Shown: positions 30,256 to 40,982 of the stretch, one piece after another
Layout of the letters: each line of letters starts with the position of its first letter
Numbering within the stretch: position 1 is the first letter of the stretch
From: Gemmatales bacterium
GTDB taxonomy: Bacteria; Planctomycetota; Planctomycetia; Gemmatales; HRBIN36
Length of the DNA stretch: 64,000 nt
Direction of reading: 5' to 3'
Assembly (NCBI GenBank): GCA_041640595.1
Contig: JBEPZY010000009.1
Coordinates: 64,001-128,000, forward strand
Program-made: the position numbers and the translations under genes
Notes under the pieces: generated by a model
The model's database searches: none
Told to the model about the DNA's origin: nothing
What the model saw: only the letters and a program-made list of their open reading frames with translations

Positions 30256-31416
30256 TCAGTCGCAACGTTCGAAGATGGTGGCGATGCCCTGGCCGCCACC
30301 GATGCACATCGTGGCCAAACCCAACCGCGCACCCCGGCGTTGCATAGCGTGGATGAGCGTGGTGGTAATACGGGCTCCGCTGGCGCCGAGCGGGTGACCG
30401 ATGGCGATTGCCCCGCCGTGGACGTTGACCTTCTCCAGGTCGGCTCGCAACAAGCGCAGCACGGCGAGCGTCTGAGCGGCGAAGGCTTCGTTGATTTCGA
30501 TGAGGTCAATGTCCTCGAGGCGGAGTTTGGCGCGTTCGAGAGCTTTTTGCGTCGCGGGCACCGGTCCCAGTCCCATAACGGCGGGGTCGAGCCCGGCAAT
30601 GGCCATGCTGCGAATCCGCACTTTCGGTTGCAGGCCGAGTTCGCGGGCGCGATCCTCGGCCATCAGCAACACCGCCGCCGCTCCGACGTTAAGCGGACTG
30701 GCATTGCCAGCCGTGATGGTTCCGCCATCGGGCAGGAACGCCGGTTTCAGTGCTGCCAGCGCCTCCAGGCTGGTGTCGCGGCGAATGCCCTGGTCCTGGG
30801 TAATCAGCTTTTTGCTTCCGGATTCGTCCCGTCCCCAGGTCGGGACAATTTCATCGCGGAAATAACCCTGATCGGTCGCCGCTGCTGCCAGCCGATGACT
30901 GCGCAGGGCAAATTCATCCTGTTCGCGTCGGCTGATCTGAAACTTTCTGGCCAGAAATTCCGCGGTCAGTCCCATCTGAAACACCGCCGGGCTATGCCGG
31001 TAGTACAACCGCGGACTGGCGTCGAAGCCCTGTTCGAGCGGGCAATGGTGCATGTGTTCGACGCCGCCCGCGATCAGAATATCGTGGCACCCGGCCATAA
31101 TAGCTGCCGCTGCCTGATTAATCGCCTGCAGGCTCGACCCACAGTTGCGGTTGACGGTAACTCCGCCGATGGAAAGCGGCAGGCCAGCAATCAACACGGC
31201 CTGGCGAGCAATATCGTAACCCTGTTCGCGTTCCTGTTTGACGCAGCCCCAGTGGACATCTTCGACAAGCTCCGGCGGGATCGGCACGCGGTCGAGCAGA
31301 GCCTGTATGATGTGGGCAGACAGGTCGTCTGCCCGTACATCGCGGTAGTAACCCTTTTCGGGGTGAGCCCGGGCGATCGGGGTGCGCACTGCCGCTACGA
31401 TCACTGCCTGCCGCAT
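30256..31416 (-). CDS. acetyl-CoA C-acyltransferase (thiolase)
   Basis: NRNCGSS, NEAFA, GHPLGASG, CIGGGQG. Confidence 0.95.
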   Translation of the reverse strand: MRQAVIVAAVRTPIARAHPEKGYYRDVRADDLSAHIIQALLDRVPIPPELVEDVHWGCVKQEREQGYDIARQAVLIAGLPLSIGGVTVNRNCGSSLQAINQAAAAIMAGCHDILIAGGVEHMHHCPLEQGFDASPRLYYRHSPAVFQMGLTAEFLARKFQISRREQDEFALRSHRLAAAATDQGYFRDEIVPTWGRDESGSKKLITQDQGIRRDTSLEALAALKPAFLPDGGTITAGNASPLNVGAAAVLLMAEDRARELGLQPKVRIRSMAIAGLDPAVMGLGPVPATQKALERAKLRLEDIDLIEINEAFAAQTLAVLRLLRADLEKVNVHGGAIAIGHPLGASGARITTTLIHAMQRRGARLGLATMCIGGGQGIATIFERCD

Positions 31417-31701
31417 GGTCTTCTCCCAGGGTCGCGGACGAAGCTGACGAAGCCGTCTTCGGCTGGGCTGAGCCACTCAGTTCGGCGAGCGATTCTGCAC
31501 TGCGGTCGGCTCTGCTTCGCGCGACCGAAAACCCAAGCGCGTGGCATCTCCGGCTCTGGTTACCATAAGCACCACCGCAGGAAACGCCAAGCACGCTCAC
31601 ACCAGGCGACGAAAAAATCCGCAGCCCTGGGCCGCTTGCCAGGTCCGCAAGGCGAGATGATGGGTATCTTGCAGGATGGCGGAAATGCGAGAATTTGACC
31701 G

Positions 31702-33078
31702 CTAGGGAGCGAGCGACCCGCGCACCTGGCGCAGGTTGTCTTCACTGACCTGGAAATAACCGCGTTGCACAGTTCCGTGGCGAATGATGAAGTAGCGCAG
31801 GGGCAGAAAGCTGGCCAGCTCGGGATGACGCAAAACGTAGGCCAGGTTGTCGTAGTTGAGCGTCTCCCATTGATGCAGGCCGATGAGGATGTCGCCGGGC
31901 TGGATACCAGCGCGCTCGGCGGGCGAATTCGGGGCGACGCTGAGCACTACCATGCCACCCCGTAAGCTGGCTTGCACTCGCTGCACCTGTTCCGCCGACA
32001 CCGGGCGAAGCCGCATGCCCAGCAGTTTCCAGACCAGTTCGGCATGTTGCTGTTCCGGTGTATTACGCGGAAAGCGGAGCTGGGCGGTGCGCTCTTCCTG
32101 ACCGCGCCGGAAACGCACGGATAACGATTCACCCGCAGGCAGGTCGAGCAGGGCACGTTCCCAATCCAGCGAGTGAGCGATCGGCAGGGAGTTGGCTTCC
32201 AGGATAATATCGCCCGGTTGAATACCAGCACGTGCGGCGGGGCTATCTGCTTCCACACGTTCCACGCTGACCCATCGCTGAGCCGGGCGGTTCGGATCGC
32301 TGACGTCCACACAATCGCGCAGAACCAGGCCGGTGCGCAGTTCCACGGGCCGAAGGCTTGCAAACATGTCCGCCGTCAGCCGCAATACCTCGTCAATGGG
32401 CAAAGCAAAGGCGATACCCTGAGCCCCGGCCCGAATGGCCACATTCACGCCGATCAATTCGCCGTCCACGTTGAGCAACGGGCCTCCGGAATTGCCTGGA
32501 TTAATGCTGGCGTCGGTCTGAATCAGTCCCTTGTAAACGAGGTCGCGGTTGAGCGTTACGTTACGCCCCAGAGCGCTGATCACCCCCACGGTGACGCTGT
32601 GTTCGTAGCCGTAGGCATTGCCGATAGCAATCACCGTTTCGCCCAGCATGAGATCGCTCGAGGTGCCGATGGGCATGGTGGGCAGGGATCGGGCGGCCTC
32701 GATTTTGAGCAAGGCGAGATCGTTTTCGCGGTCGCGTGCCACCAGCCGGGCCGAATATCGGCTCCCATCCAGCAGAATGACGCGGATGCTGCTTACATCT
32801 TCAACCACGTGATGATTCGTCAGGATGTAACCGCGTGGGTCGAGAATGATGCCGGTGCCCATGCCGCTGGAGCGCGAAGTGGGCGGAGGATGAACGAAAT
32901 CATCACCGACGATGTTGCGAACCTGGCGTTCGCTTTGAATGCTGACAACCGCCGGGCGGGCACGTTCGACCGCTTTGACAATGGCCGTCCGCCGCGTCGC
33001 TGCCGAAGCCCAGACCAGTCCCCAGACGGCAGTAAATGCCGCTACCCACCCCGTCCATTTCACCAGTTGCCAAGCCAT
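31702..33078 (-). CDS. HtrA/DegP-like serine protease with two PDZ domains
   Basis: ILTNHHVV, DLALLKI, QTDASINPGNSGGPL, two SPA.RAGIQPGD PDZ motifs. Confidence 0.95.
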   Translation of the reverse strand: MAWQLVKWTGWVAAFTAVWGLVWASAATRRTAIVKAVERARPAVVSIQSERQVRNIVGDDFVHPPPTSRSSGMGTGIILDPRGYILTNHHVVEDVSSIRVILLDGSRYSARLVARDRENDLALLKIEAARSLPTMPIGTSSDLMLGETVIAIGNAYGYEHSVTVGVISALGRNVTLNRDLVYKGLIQTDASINPGNSGGPLLNVDGELIGVNVAIRAGAQGIAFALPIDEVLRLTADMFASLRPVELRTGLVLRDCVDVSDPNRPAQRWVSVERVEADSPAARAGIQPGDIILEANSLPIAHSLDWERALLDLPAGESLSVRFRRGQEERTAQLRFPRNTPEQQHAELVWKLLGMRLRPVSAEQVQRVQASLRGGMVVLSVAPNSPAERAGIQPGDILIGLHQWETLNYDNLAYVLRHPELASFLPLRYFIIRHGTVQRGYFQVSEDNLRQVRGSLAP

Positions 33079-33347
33079 GGTGTCTGCACTCCCGGTGTGC
33101 TGCAAGGAGAGGCGCGCTGGGTGGCCCATGCGATCTCGGCAAGGCGAACGCTTTTCTCCAGGCGAACCGGCCCGATATACCGCGAAAATTCACCGCCAGG
33201 GTTGCGGCTGTGCTTGCGGTAACGATTGGGCCCGAAAGTGCCGGCGATTCGCTGGGAGCGGGTGGAAACAATCGCAGCAACTTTCCCGCGCTACAATAAA
33301 GCACGGAACCAGCGGTCAACGGAGCTGGACATTCTGGGGGCAAGACC

Positions 33348-33668
33348 ATGTCGCAACCACCGACGCGCCGGCAAAAACTGGAAGCGCTGCTGGCTCAGGA
33401 ACCGGACGATCCGTTCTTGAAATATGCCCTGGCAATGGAATGCGCTAACGAGGGCGATGACCACGCTGCCGTGGATTGGTTTCAGCGTCTCACCCAGGAG
33501 CATCCCGATTATATTGCCGGTTACCACCAGTTTGGCAAACTGTTATTGCGGCTGGGACACGTGCAGGAAGCCGAAGCGGTGTTGCAGCGAGGCATTGCCA
33601 GAGCTCGCCAGCTTGGCGATCTGCATGCCGCCGAGGAAATGGAAGCGTTGCTCACCAGCCAGGCCTGA
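33348..33668 (+). CDS. small TPR protein
   Basis: PDDPFLKYALAME...PDYIAGYHQFG TPR pattern. Confidence 0.85.
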   Translation: MSQPPTRRQKLEALLAQEPDDPFLKYALAMECANEGDDHAAVDWFQRLTQEHPDYIAGYHQFGKLLLRLGHVQEAEAVLQRGIARARQLGDLHAAEEMEALLTSQA

Positions 33669-33759
33669 AATGTCGCCTGCTTCGGACGAACAGGACGCCT
33701 GGTGCCACCGTGAGCGCTTTCAGCAGCGGCGCTCAAGAAGGCACGCTCGCCCAGCGAAA

Positions 33760-34557
33760 TCAGCCTCGCTGATGCAGTTGCACGGGCGGCACTGATTGCG
33801 GTAAATCCATGCGGATAATTACCGGTTCGGAGAGTGGTTCCCGGCTGGGCCGATTCGGGGTCAATATATCTTGCTTCCCGGTGGTAGCTGAAGATGGATC
33901 GCTGAGGCGAAGGAATGGCAGGATGGCCGGCGAAGCAGACCGCAACTGTTGACGGGCCAGCAAAATGTGCAACTGGCAGCGCCGCCGCAAATCGCCGATC
34001 GCAGCTTTGTCCCGATGCAACAGGCGGGCTTGTTGCACTAACCGTTCCGCTTCGGCAAAACGATCGCAGGCCAGCAACAGTTCCAGCAACCAGGCGAGAT
34101 ATCGCAACGAATGCGGCGCCAGCGACCAGGCACGATGCAGATACCGCAACGCCAACCGCGGTTTCCCGGCATCGGCAAGGCATCGCCCCAATTCCGCCCA
34201 GTAGGCGGCACGACCGGGAGAGCGTTTCACTGCCAGCCGCAAATGGCGTAACGCACGCTGCCAGCAGTCCGGACGCTGTTCCTTTCGCCACAACCGGCCC
34301 AGGCGGTAATGCCAGCGGGCCTCGCCAGGCTGGCAGCGCAACAATTGCCGAATATGCCCGCGAGCCTCCTCCCGGTTTCCGAATCGCTCAGCAATCCGCG
34401 CCAGATAAACCCGTGCCAGTCGCCACGGCCGTGAACCAGGCTCGCTCAACCGCAACATTTGCTCGAAACAACCTCGGCTGGCATGCCACTGCTGCACCTG
34501 GAGCAACCGTTTTCCCCGACGCAGCAACCATGAGAGAATGCGCAATCGGGCCGTCAT
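33760..34557 (-). CDS. TPR protein
   Basis: Repeated ARWHYRLG / AAYWAELG helical motifs; AAGGAGG RBS. Confidence 0.8.
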   Translation of the reverse strand: MTARLRILSWLLRRGKRLLQVQQWHASRGCFEQMLRLSEPGSRPWRLARVYLARIAERFGNREEARGHIRQLLRCQPGEARWHYRLGRLWRKEQRPDCWQRALRHLRLAVKRSPGRAAYWAELGRCLADAGKPRLALRYLHRAWSLAPHSLRYLAWLLELLLACDRFAEAERLVQQARLLHRDKAAIGDLRRRCQLHILLARQQLRSASPAILPFLRLSDPSSATTGKQDILTPNRPSREPLSEPVIIRMDLPQSVPPVQLHQRG

Positions 34558-34913
34558 GGTTAGCCTCCTTGCTGATTCTTGTCGGTCCTCCTGACCGGAT
34601 GGGCGTTCATTGTAATTGCGGCATAGCCTGGTTCAAGTCCAGCTGCTGTCGAGTCTGTTAATCCCCCGCCAGCCCCCCGGCGACGCGGTACAACGAACCA
34701 GGGCCAGCAGCCACCCAAATTCCGGAGAGAAACACGTGTTTCCTTGCACGGAATTCGCGTCTCGCTAGCACGGCTAATGTCCGCCGCTCTCAAAGCGGAG
34801 TACGTTATTCGCGGCAACATCCCCGCGGGCGTCCGATCCCCGCTCTTGGTACGGACGGAACGTGTGCCGGTGAAATGGCGACTTTTGCGATGTACAAACG
34901 CACGTACAGCCAG

Positions 34914-36542
34914 GAGCGGGGGGGCGTAAGCCCCCCGTGGCTGGGCAACCGACCGGGACGGCAATGACGTTTGGCAGTATTGGACCGCATCGTGCGTGTG
35001 GAGCCTCTTACAGAGCGACCACGATGGCAACGACGTCTGCCAACCCAGCGGCAGCAGTTTTCTGCATGTTTGCGGTACCGCCCATGCAAATGCATTTCCG
35101 CGAGCCACGGCGGGCTAACGCCCACCGCTCCTGTGAATGTGCGTTTGTCCATCGCAAATAGCGCTTTGGCAGCGAACGAACACCGTGCACCAAGAGCGGC
35201 TGGCGTAAGCCAGCCGTGGTTGGCGAGCGTTCCCGTTCGCAAACAGCGTTCATGACCGCCAACACGTTTCCGAGCCACGGCGGGCTGACGCCCGCCGCTC
35301 CTGATCTTGTGCTCGCCAGCCGCTGGACAATGTTCGATTCTCGCGGGACAGCGTCCCGTTCACCGAGCCACGGCAGGCTAACGCCCGCCGGTCTTGTGGC
35401 GCTGCGTGTGTGCGGTGCGGATGGCGTTTCCCGCAATAATCAGGCGCGGTGCACCAGGAGCGGCTGGCGTAAGCCAGCCGTGGTGAACGCAACCGTTGCA
35501 CCGGCGGGAAACGCACTTTTGCAACGGCGTCCGGCTTGCAATCAGGAGCGGCTGGCGTGAGCCAGCCGTGGTTGGCGAGCGTTCCCGTTCGCAAACAGCG
35601 TTCATGACCGCCAACACGTTTCCGAGCCACGGCGGGCTGACGCCCGCCGCTCCTGTGAATGTGCGTTTGTCCATCGCAAATAGCACTTTGGCAGCGAACG
35701 AACACCGTGCACCAGGAGCGGCTGCGGTAAGCCAGCCGTGGTGAACGCAACCGTTGCACCGGCGGGAAACGCACTTTTGCAACGGCGTCCGGCTTGCAAT
35801 CAAGAGCGGCTGGCGTAAGCCAGCCGTGATGGGCGAGCGTTCCCGTTCGCAAACAGCGTTCATGACCGCCAACACGTTTCCGAGCCACGGCGGGCTAACG
35901 CCCGCCGCTCCTGAGCTTGTGCTCGCCAGCCGCTGGACAATGTTCGATTCTCGCGGGACAGCGTCCCGTTCACCGAGCCACGGCAGGCTAACGCCCGCCG
36001 CTCCTGATCTTGTGCTCGCCAGCCGCTGGACAACGTTCGATTCTCGCGGGACAGCGTCCCGTTCACCGAGCCACGGCGGGCTAACGCCCGCCGCTCCTGA
36101 GCTTGTGCTCGCCAGCCGCTGGACAATGTTCGATTCTCGCGGCACAGCGTCCGGTTCACCGAGCCACGGCGGGCTGACGCCCGCCGCTCCTGTGAATGTG
36201 CGTTTGTCCATTGCAAATAGCGCTTTGGCAGGGAACGAACACCGTGCACCAGGAGCGGCTGCGGTAAGCCAGCCGTGGTGAACGCAACGGTTGCACCGGC
36301 AGGAAACGCACTTCCGCAACGGCGTCCCGCTTGCAATCAAGAGCGGCTGGCGTAAGCCAGCCGTGGTGAACGCAACCGTTGCACCGGCGGGAAACGCACT
36401 TCTGCAACGGCGTCCGGCTTGCGATCAGGAGCGGCTGGCGTAAGCCAGCCGTGGTGAACGCAACCGTTGCACCGGCGGGAAACGCACTTCTGCAACGGCG
36501 TCCGGCTTGCGATCAGGAGCGGCTGGCGTAAGCCAGCCGTGA
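34914..36542. repeat. REP-like palindrome cluster 2 (18 intact 26-bp units in modular array)
   Basis: 10 units GAGCGGCTGGCGTAAGCCAGCCGTGG-type and 8 units CCACGGCGGGCTAACGCCCGCCGCTC-type joined by recurring linkers (periods 81, 88, 89, 93). Confidence 0.95.
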
Positions 36543-36847
36543 TGGGCGAGCGTGATTGCAATGGCGAAAACGCAGTTGGTAACGGCGATCGGGCGGTCGC
36601 ATGTTGTTGGAACCGCGTAGGCATTCCGTGAAATGAACCCGGCTGGCCAACCTCTGCCGCTCCAGGTTGGGGGCGTGGATTTTCCACTTTGCAGGCGGAT
36701 TCGCCGAGTGTAAATTTGTGGGGGGACGAACAACTGCGGAGCTTTCGGCAACGGCTGCCTTGGTCAAAAGCCGAGGCGAAATTGAACCGCTCCGGACGGC
36801 AGCCATTCCCCTGACACTCGGGTGGTGTCCTCGTAAGGAGAACCAGC

Positions 36848-37507
36848 GTGGGCAGATCAGCAATAGCGAAGGATGATCGCGACGGCCTTCGTTCTCGCGT
36901 TGGCTGGCAATGGTGGACGGGTGCCTGGGTAATTCTCGGCCTGGCTGCTGGGTTCAGCGCGGCGGTTTGGGCACAGGATACCGAAAATCTGCCGCCGGGC
37001 ATTCGCAAAACCGAGCAAGGCTATTTGCATGTGGCATCGCAATTTGAGCTCCGGCCGGGCAAGGATTGGCTCGTAAAGTCGCCTGAACTGGTGCAGAAGT
37101 TTCCCGCGTTTTCGCTGCGGCGACGCCTCCCTGGCCAGGAAAAGGGGGTGGTCGAGGTTAGCATTACCCTGGTGCCCATGGGGGAGTTGCCGCTCCAGGA
37201 AATTGTCCAGCAAGAACTGCAGGTCTTGCAACTGATTTACGGTGCGAAAATGGTTGGCGATGCGGAAGAGGTGGACCTGGCCACACAACCGCCGCGCAAG
37301 GGTTACCGTATTCTCCTGCAGGATGGCCCTTCCCGCAACGGTCGGGAAGCGGGGGTCGTGTATCTGTTTGCGACCGGCGACGATCCGAAAACGGCCTGGC
37401 GGGTTCGTGTCCGGGCTAGCTGGAACAAACCGGCCACCAAAGAAGCTGCTGCCGAGGTCGAAAAATTGTTGCCTTCCCTCCACATCGTCCAGCAGGAAGG
37501 GCAGTAA
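36848..37507 (+). CDS. hypothetical secreted protein
   Basis: AAGGAG RBS, signal-peptide-like segment ending VWA-Q. Confidence 0.7.
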   Translation: MGRSAIAKDDRDGLRSRVGWQWWTGAWVILGLAAGFSAAVWAQDTENLPPGIRKTEQGYLHVASQFELRPGKDWLVKSPELVQKFPAFSLRRRLPGQEKGVVEVSITLVPMGELPLQEIVQQELQVLQLIYGAKMVGDAEEVDLATQPPRKGYRILLQDGPSRNGREAGVVYLFATGDDPKTAWRVRVRASWNKPATKEAAAEVEKLLPSLHIVQQEGQ

Positions 37508-37534
37508 GCTGCCGACTTGCTGACTGCTTCCTCC

Positions 37535-37885
37535 TCAGCGAACCAGACCGTCTTTGAATACGAAAGCCACCGCTGCGATAATGAGCAAAAACGCCACCAG
37601 GTAATTCCACTTGAAGTCCTCACGCAAATACCAGATCGAGAACGCCGAAAACACCATCAGCGTAATCGCTTCCTGAATGATTTTGAGCTGGGCGACGGTC
37701 ATGCGTTCGTGCCCGATCCGGTTGGCTGGCACCTGCAGGCAGTATTCGAAAAAAGCGATACACCAGCTGGCCAGTATCGCCGACCACAGGGCGCTTTGTT
37801 TGTAACGCAGATGCCCATACCAGGCGAAGGTCATGAAGATGTTCGAGAGTGTGAGCAAAAGGACTGTCAGGGCGATTTCGCGCAT
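37535..37885 (-). CDS. DMT family small membrane protein
   Basis: SNIFMTFAWYGHL, FFEYCLQVPANRIG, QLKIIQE. Confidence 0.9.
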   Translation of the reverse strand: MREIALTVLLLTLSNIFMTFAWYGHLRYKQSALWSAILASWCIAFFEYCLQVPANRIGHERMTVAQLKIIQEAITLMVFSAFSIWYLREDFKWNYLVAFLLIIAAVAFVFKDGLVR

Positions 37886-37949
37886 AGACCGAATTTCCAC
37901 CTTTCAGCCGTTCGCTGAGCAGGGCACTACATGCCGCGACACACCGTCC

Positions 37950-38059
37950 GTTGTCAAGACGATCCGCACGGCACGCCTGCCACGGACTGCCTCAGCCCCC
38001 ACCATCGCCACAAAAGCGGTCATGGTTGTCAAGACAGTCCGCGCGGCATGGCTGCCACG
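37950..38059. repeat. 35-bp direct repeat pair, period 75
   Basis: GTTGTCAAGACGATCCGCACGGCACGCCTGCCACG vs copy at 38025 (30/35). Confidence 0.85.
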
Positions 38060-38259
38060 TATTGCTTTTGCCGGGCTTGAATCCAAGCACGCTTCCGGCG
38101 TCCCTGAATTCTTTGCACACGCTTCCCACTCCGCAAGGGGCGGGAACCTCATCGTGCCTGGAAAATCAAGGAAAAACGCGTCGGAGACTCTCCCGCAAGC
38201 GACGGTAGAGCTATTCTCCCCAACCGCGTGACCAGTCCCAAACTCGCCGGCGCGAACGT

Positions 38260-38410
38260 AACCCAGATACCACACCCGCACCGAGCCATCCTCACATCCG
38301 CATACAGGATACCGGCCATCGAGCATCACGGCCAGACTTAGGAACCAGTTTTGCGGGACGCTTCTGGCAGATAAAGCGTGTCTGGCTACCAGTCGCGGCC
38401 AGACCTGGAA
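38260..38410 (-). pseudogene. WD40-repeat gene remnant
   Basis: Translates as NWFLSLAVMLDGRYPVCGCEDGSVRVWYL, one decayed WD40 blade; no intact gene. Confidence 0.55.
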
Positions 38411-38432
38411 CCTATTTTACTCTGTCTAAAAG

Positions 38433-38795
38433 ATGACCTATCCCCAGCTTTAGTTGGGCAGGCCGCTTCGCAGAACCCCGTCAGACAATGGCTTATAAAA
38501 GTCCTATTTGTCGGTCTCGGGAACCAAACGCCCCCTCGTTCCAGCATTCGGTACGAGAATAGGACTGGCATTGCTGCAGACGACCATCACCAAACGCCAC
38601 CTCATTCCAGCGTTCGGTCTGCCCATTGCAGCCCACCGCGTGCCGGGCGATTGACTACCTCCTTTGAAGCCCCGAAGAAACTCGGCGGAGTTCTCGATGC
38701 TCCCTCTGTCCCCGGAAAAACAGGCCATCTGACGGAACCGTCATTATCCGCCCGCCTTACGTCCGGGTGAGCCCCAAAGCTGGGGGATGAGTCAG
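38433..38795 (+). mobile_element. MITE-like element, copy 2
   Basis: TGACCTATCCCCAGCTTTAG...CAAAGCTGGGGGATGAGTCAG termini; homologous to the adjacent copy 3. Confidence 0.8.
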
Positions 38796-38804
38796 CAATC
38801 ACGG

Positions 38805-39106
38805 CCGACCTATCCCCAGTTTTGGTAAGGGCAGGCGATTTCGCAACACACCCCCAGACAAGAGGTTACGAAAACTCCCATTTTTCCGGCCTCACGCACC
38901 TGGCGCTCACATCGTTGCAGCGTTTGGCCAAGCCGATCGCAGCCAATTGCGTCCCTAGCGGTCGGCGGCCCTTTGCCAAAACCTGAGCAAGCACAGGCGG
39001 GCCTTGCGTGTTCCAAATGACCCCGGAAAAACAGGCCATCTGACGTAACCGTTATCATCCGCCCGCCTTACGTCCGGTTGAGCCCCAAAGCTGGGGGATG
39101 AGTCAG
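38805..39106 (+). mobile_element. MITE-like element, copy 3 (shortest, no internal duplications)
   Basis: CCGACCTATCCCCAGTTTTG...CAAAGCTGGGGGATGAGTCAG termini. Confidence 0.8.
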
Positions 39107-39158
39107 CAATCACGCCGCTTGACGCCCATGCGGCGCGGACAGTAAAATACGCTGTGCT

Positions 39159-39232
39159 GGGCGCATAGCTCAGTTGGTCAGAGCGCATCCCTGATAAGGA
39201 TGAGGTCGCAGGTTCGAATCCTGCTGCGCCCA
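39159..39232 (+). tRNA. tRNA-Ile(GAT)
   Basis: Cloverleaf; anticodon arm CATCC-CTGATAA-GGATG; CCA not encoded. Confidence 0.97.
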
Positions 39233-39427
39233 CTGGACGATTGTACACTAAGTGGCACGGATTGCTAAGTAGCGATACGGACGTAACTTGCGGTTGGGGG
39301 CTGTTTTGGCGGCTGTGCTCTATATCGCTTGATAACGCCGTTTGGTCATGCGGATTTCGCTGCGCCGGGATATTCCCGCTCTGTATTGTCGGAATTTCGT
39401 TGCCTTGCTGGTTCTGGACACGCTGGC
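39233..39427 (+). repeat. 195-bp tRNA 3'-trailer element, copy 2
   Basis: Homologous to 10849-11043. Confidence 0.9.
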
Positions 39428-39860
39428 TCCGGGCAATGGAACTGGTGCAAAAATGGCTTCTCCGTCATAGCCACGGCTTCGTACTCCGCTGTCCATGAGA
39501 GGGGATAAATTGTCCCTTTCCACTATCCGCACTCTGGTCATTCACAGTCTTGGCCACTCTGCTGGGCCTCTATCCACCTGGTAAACGCCGCGGCAGATCA
39601 CGCATCTACGAGGATTCCCTCACTCTCTGGCCGTTTCAGATCCGTCACCGGCTCTCCTACCGCGAAGGTGCTCAGTATCGCCCAGCAGCAGGGATTTCGA
39701 GTGCCGTCTTTGCAAGCCTGCCACTACCGCGTGCATGAGTTGGATCCTGAGTTACTGCAAAGACCTTCACTGCCGAATCTCGGCCGGGGACACCGTGGAA
39801 CAAAAAAAATTATTGTTCACCAGAGGGCGATGCCGAGCGTATATTAATACAGAGCAACCC

Positions 39861-40244
39861 GGGGGCGAACTGGCTTCGACCGGGTGTGCGAAAGCGTCAG
39901 TGGCGTGTCGTGGTTGGTCGGTGGGCCACGTAAAAAGCCGACCGAACCCAAAGTGCCGAAGCGCACTACGCTCTGGCTGCCTAACCCTACACCGCAGCCC
40001 CGAACCGCGAGCCTTGCCTGAGGGCGAGCGGATCTCGGCGATGCTTATCAGGCCCCCAGCAGCAGCTACCGGCGGAACTGCTGGCGGTAACCATGGCCGG
40101 TTAGCGATGGGTCGGTCCCGCCTGCTGGATCGCCCGGAGCGAAACGGCACGACCGATTTTCGGTACGGCCACAAAAGCAGGCTACACACGTAGAAGCTGG
40201 CGCGGAGCCACTCCGGGACGCGGGTTCGATTCCCGCCGCCTCCA
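39861..40244 (+). ncRNA. ssrA: tmRNA
   Basis: 5' GGGGGCGAACTGGCTTCGAC; 3' GCGGGTTCGATTCCCGCCGCCTCCA; tag ORF 39955-39984 AEAHYALAA*. Confidence 0.97.
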
Positions 40245-40424
40245 CTGTCATGCCTCTCCATGTTGGTTCGCAAAGCCTCGTACCGAGCCGTCCAAACCGT
40301 TTCCATGCGATCGCCCCGCCCGCACTACCGTAGCGCGGTTGACGATCTGACGCTGCTTGCAAGCGGGACCGCTCCATCCGCATAAACCCGACAAGTGTCC
40401 CCAGACACGTCCATAGTCGCAGAA

Positions 40425-40703
40425 ACGATCGCGGACAATCGTGGCGGAAACTCCGGGCATAGATGGAACCTCCTTCGGGGTGCCCGCGACCACCGCGGAT
40501 TATCCTTGCGGTAAGACGCTCTGAACGCTCTACTAGGCACTGTGTGCGATACATATCCGAAAACGCTGCTGACCATCGCGGGCAATCCTTGCGGAAGGAT
40601 GCGGCTGTCCCTGACCATCGCGGATTATCGTTGCGGTAGCACGCTCCGATGCCGGCCAAATAGCGGAACGCTTGCAAAGCCACCGCGGACAGTCCTTTCC
40701 AGA
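40425..40703. repeat. five ~25-bp degenerate direct repeats
   Basis: ACCAyCGCGGAywATCsTTGCGGwA at 40425, 40489, 40572, 40614, 40679. Confidence 0.8.
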
Positions 40704-40982
40704 CGAACGGTTTGCGGACGTGCTTCTCATCGAGCTTGCGGCCAATCGCCGGGAGCATTCGTTCGCTCAGCGTGCAGCTAGCTGAAAACGACATCCGTTT
40801 CCGTTCGCCATTTTCCAGTTCTTGATGTGGCGTAACGCTTTCCGGGCTTGAAGTTTGCAACCGATATTTGCCTCCGTGTTTGGGACGTCACGCAACCATC
40901 CCTGCCTGATTTGTAACGTTTGCAAACTCTCCAGCGTTAACCATCTGGGCCGAAACAAGGGCAACCGAAAAGGAGACCCAGC

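Noticed and set aside
30217..31698. 493-aa plus-strand ORF
   Set aside because: Antisense shadow of the thiolase gene.
34560..37008. Repetitive ORFs up to 320 aa across REP cluster 2
   Set aside because: Products of the DNA repeat array in several frames.
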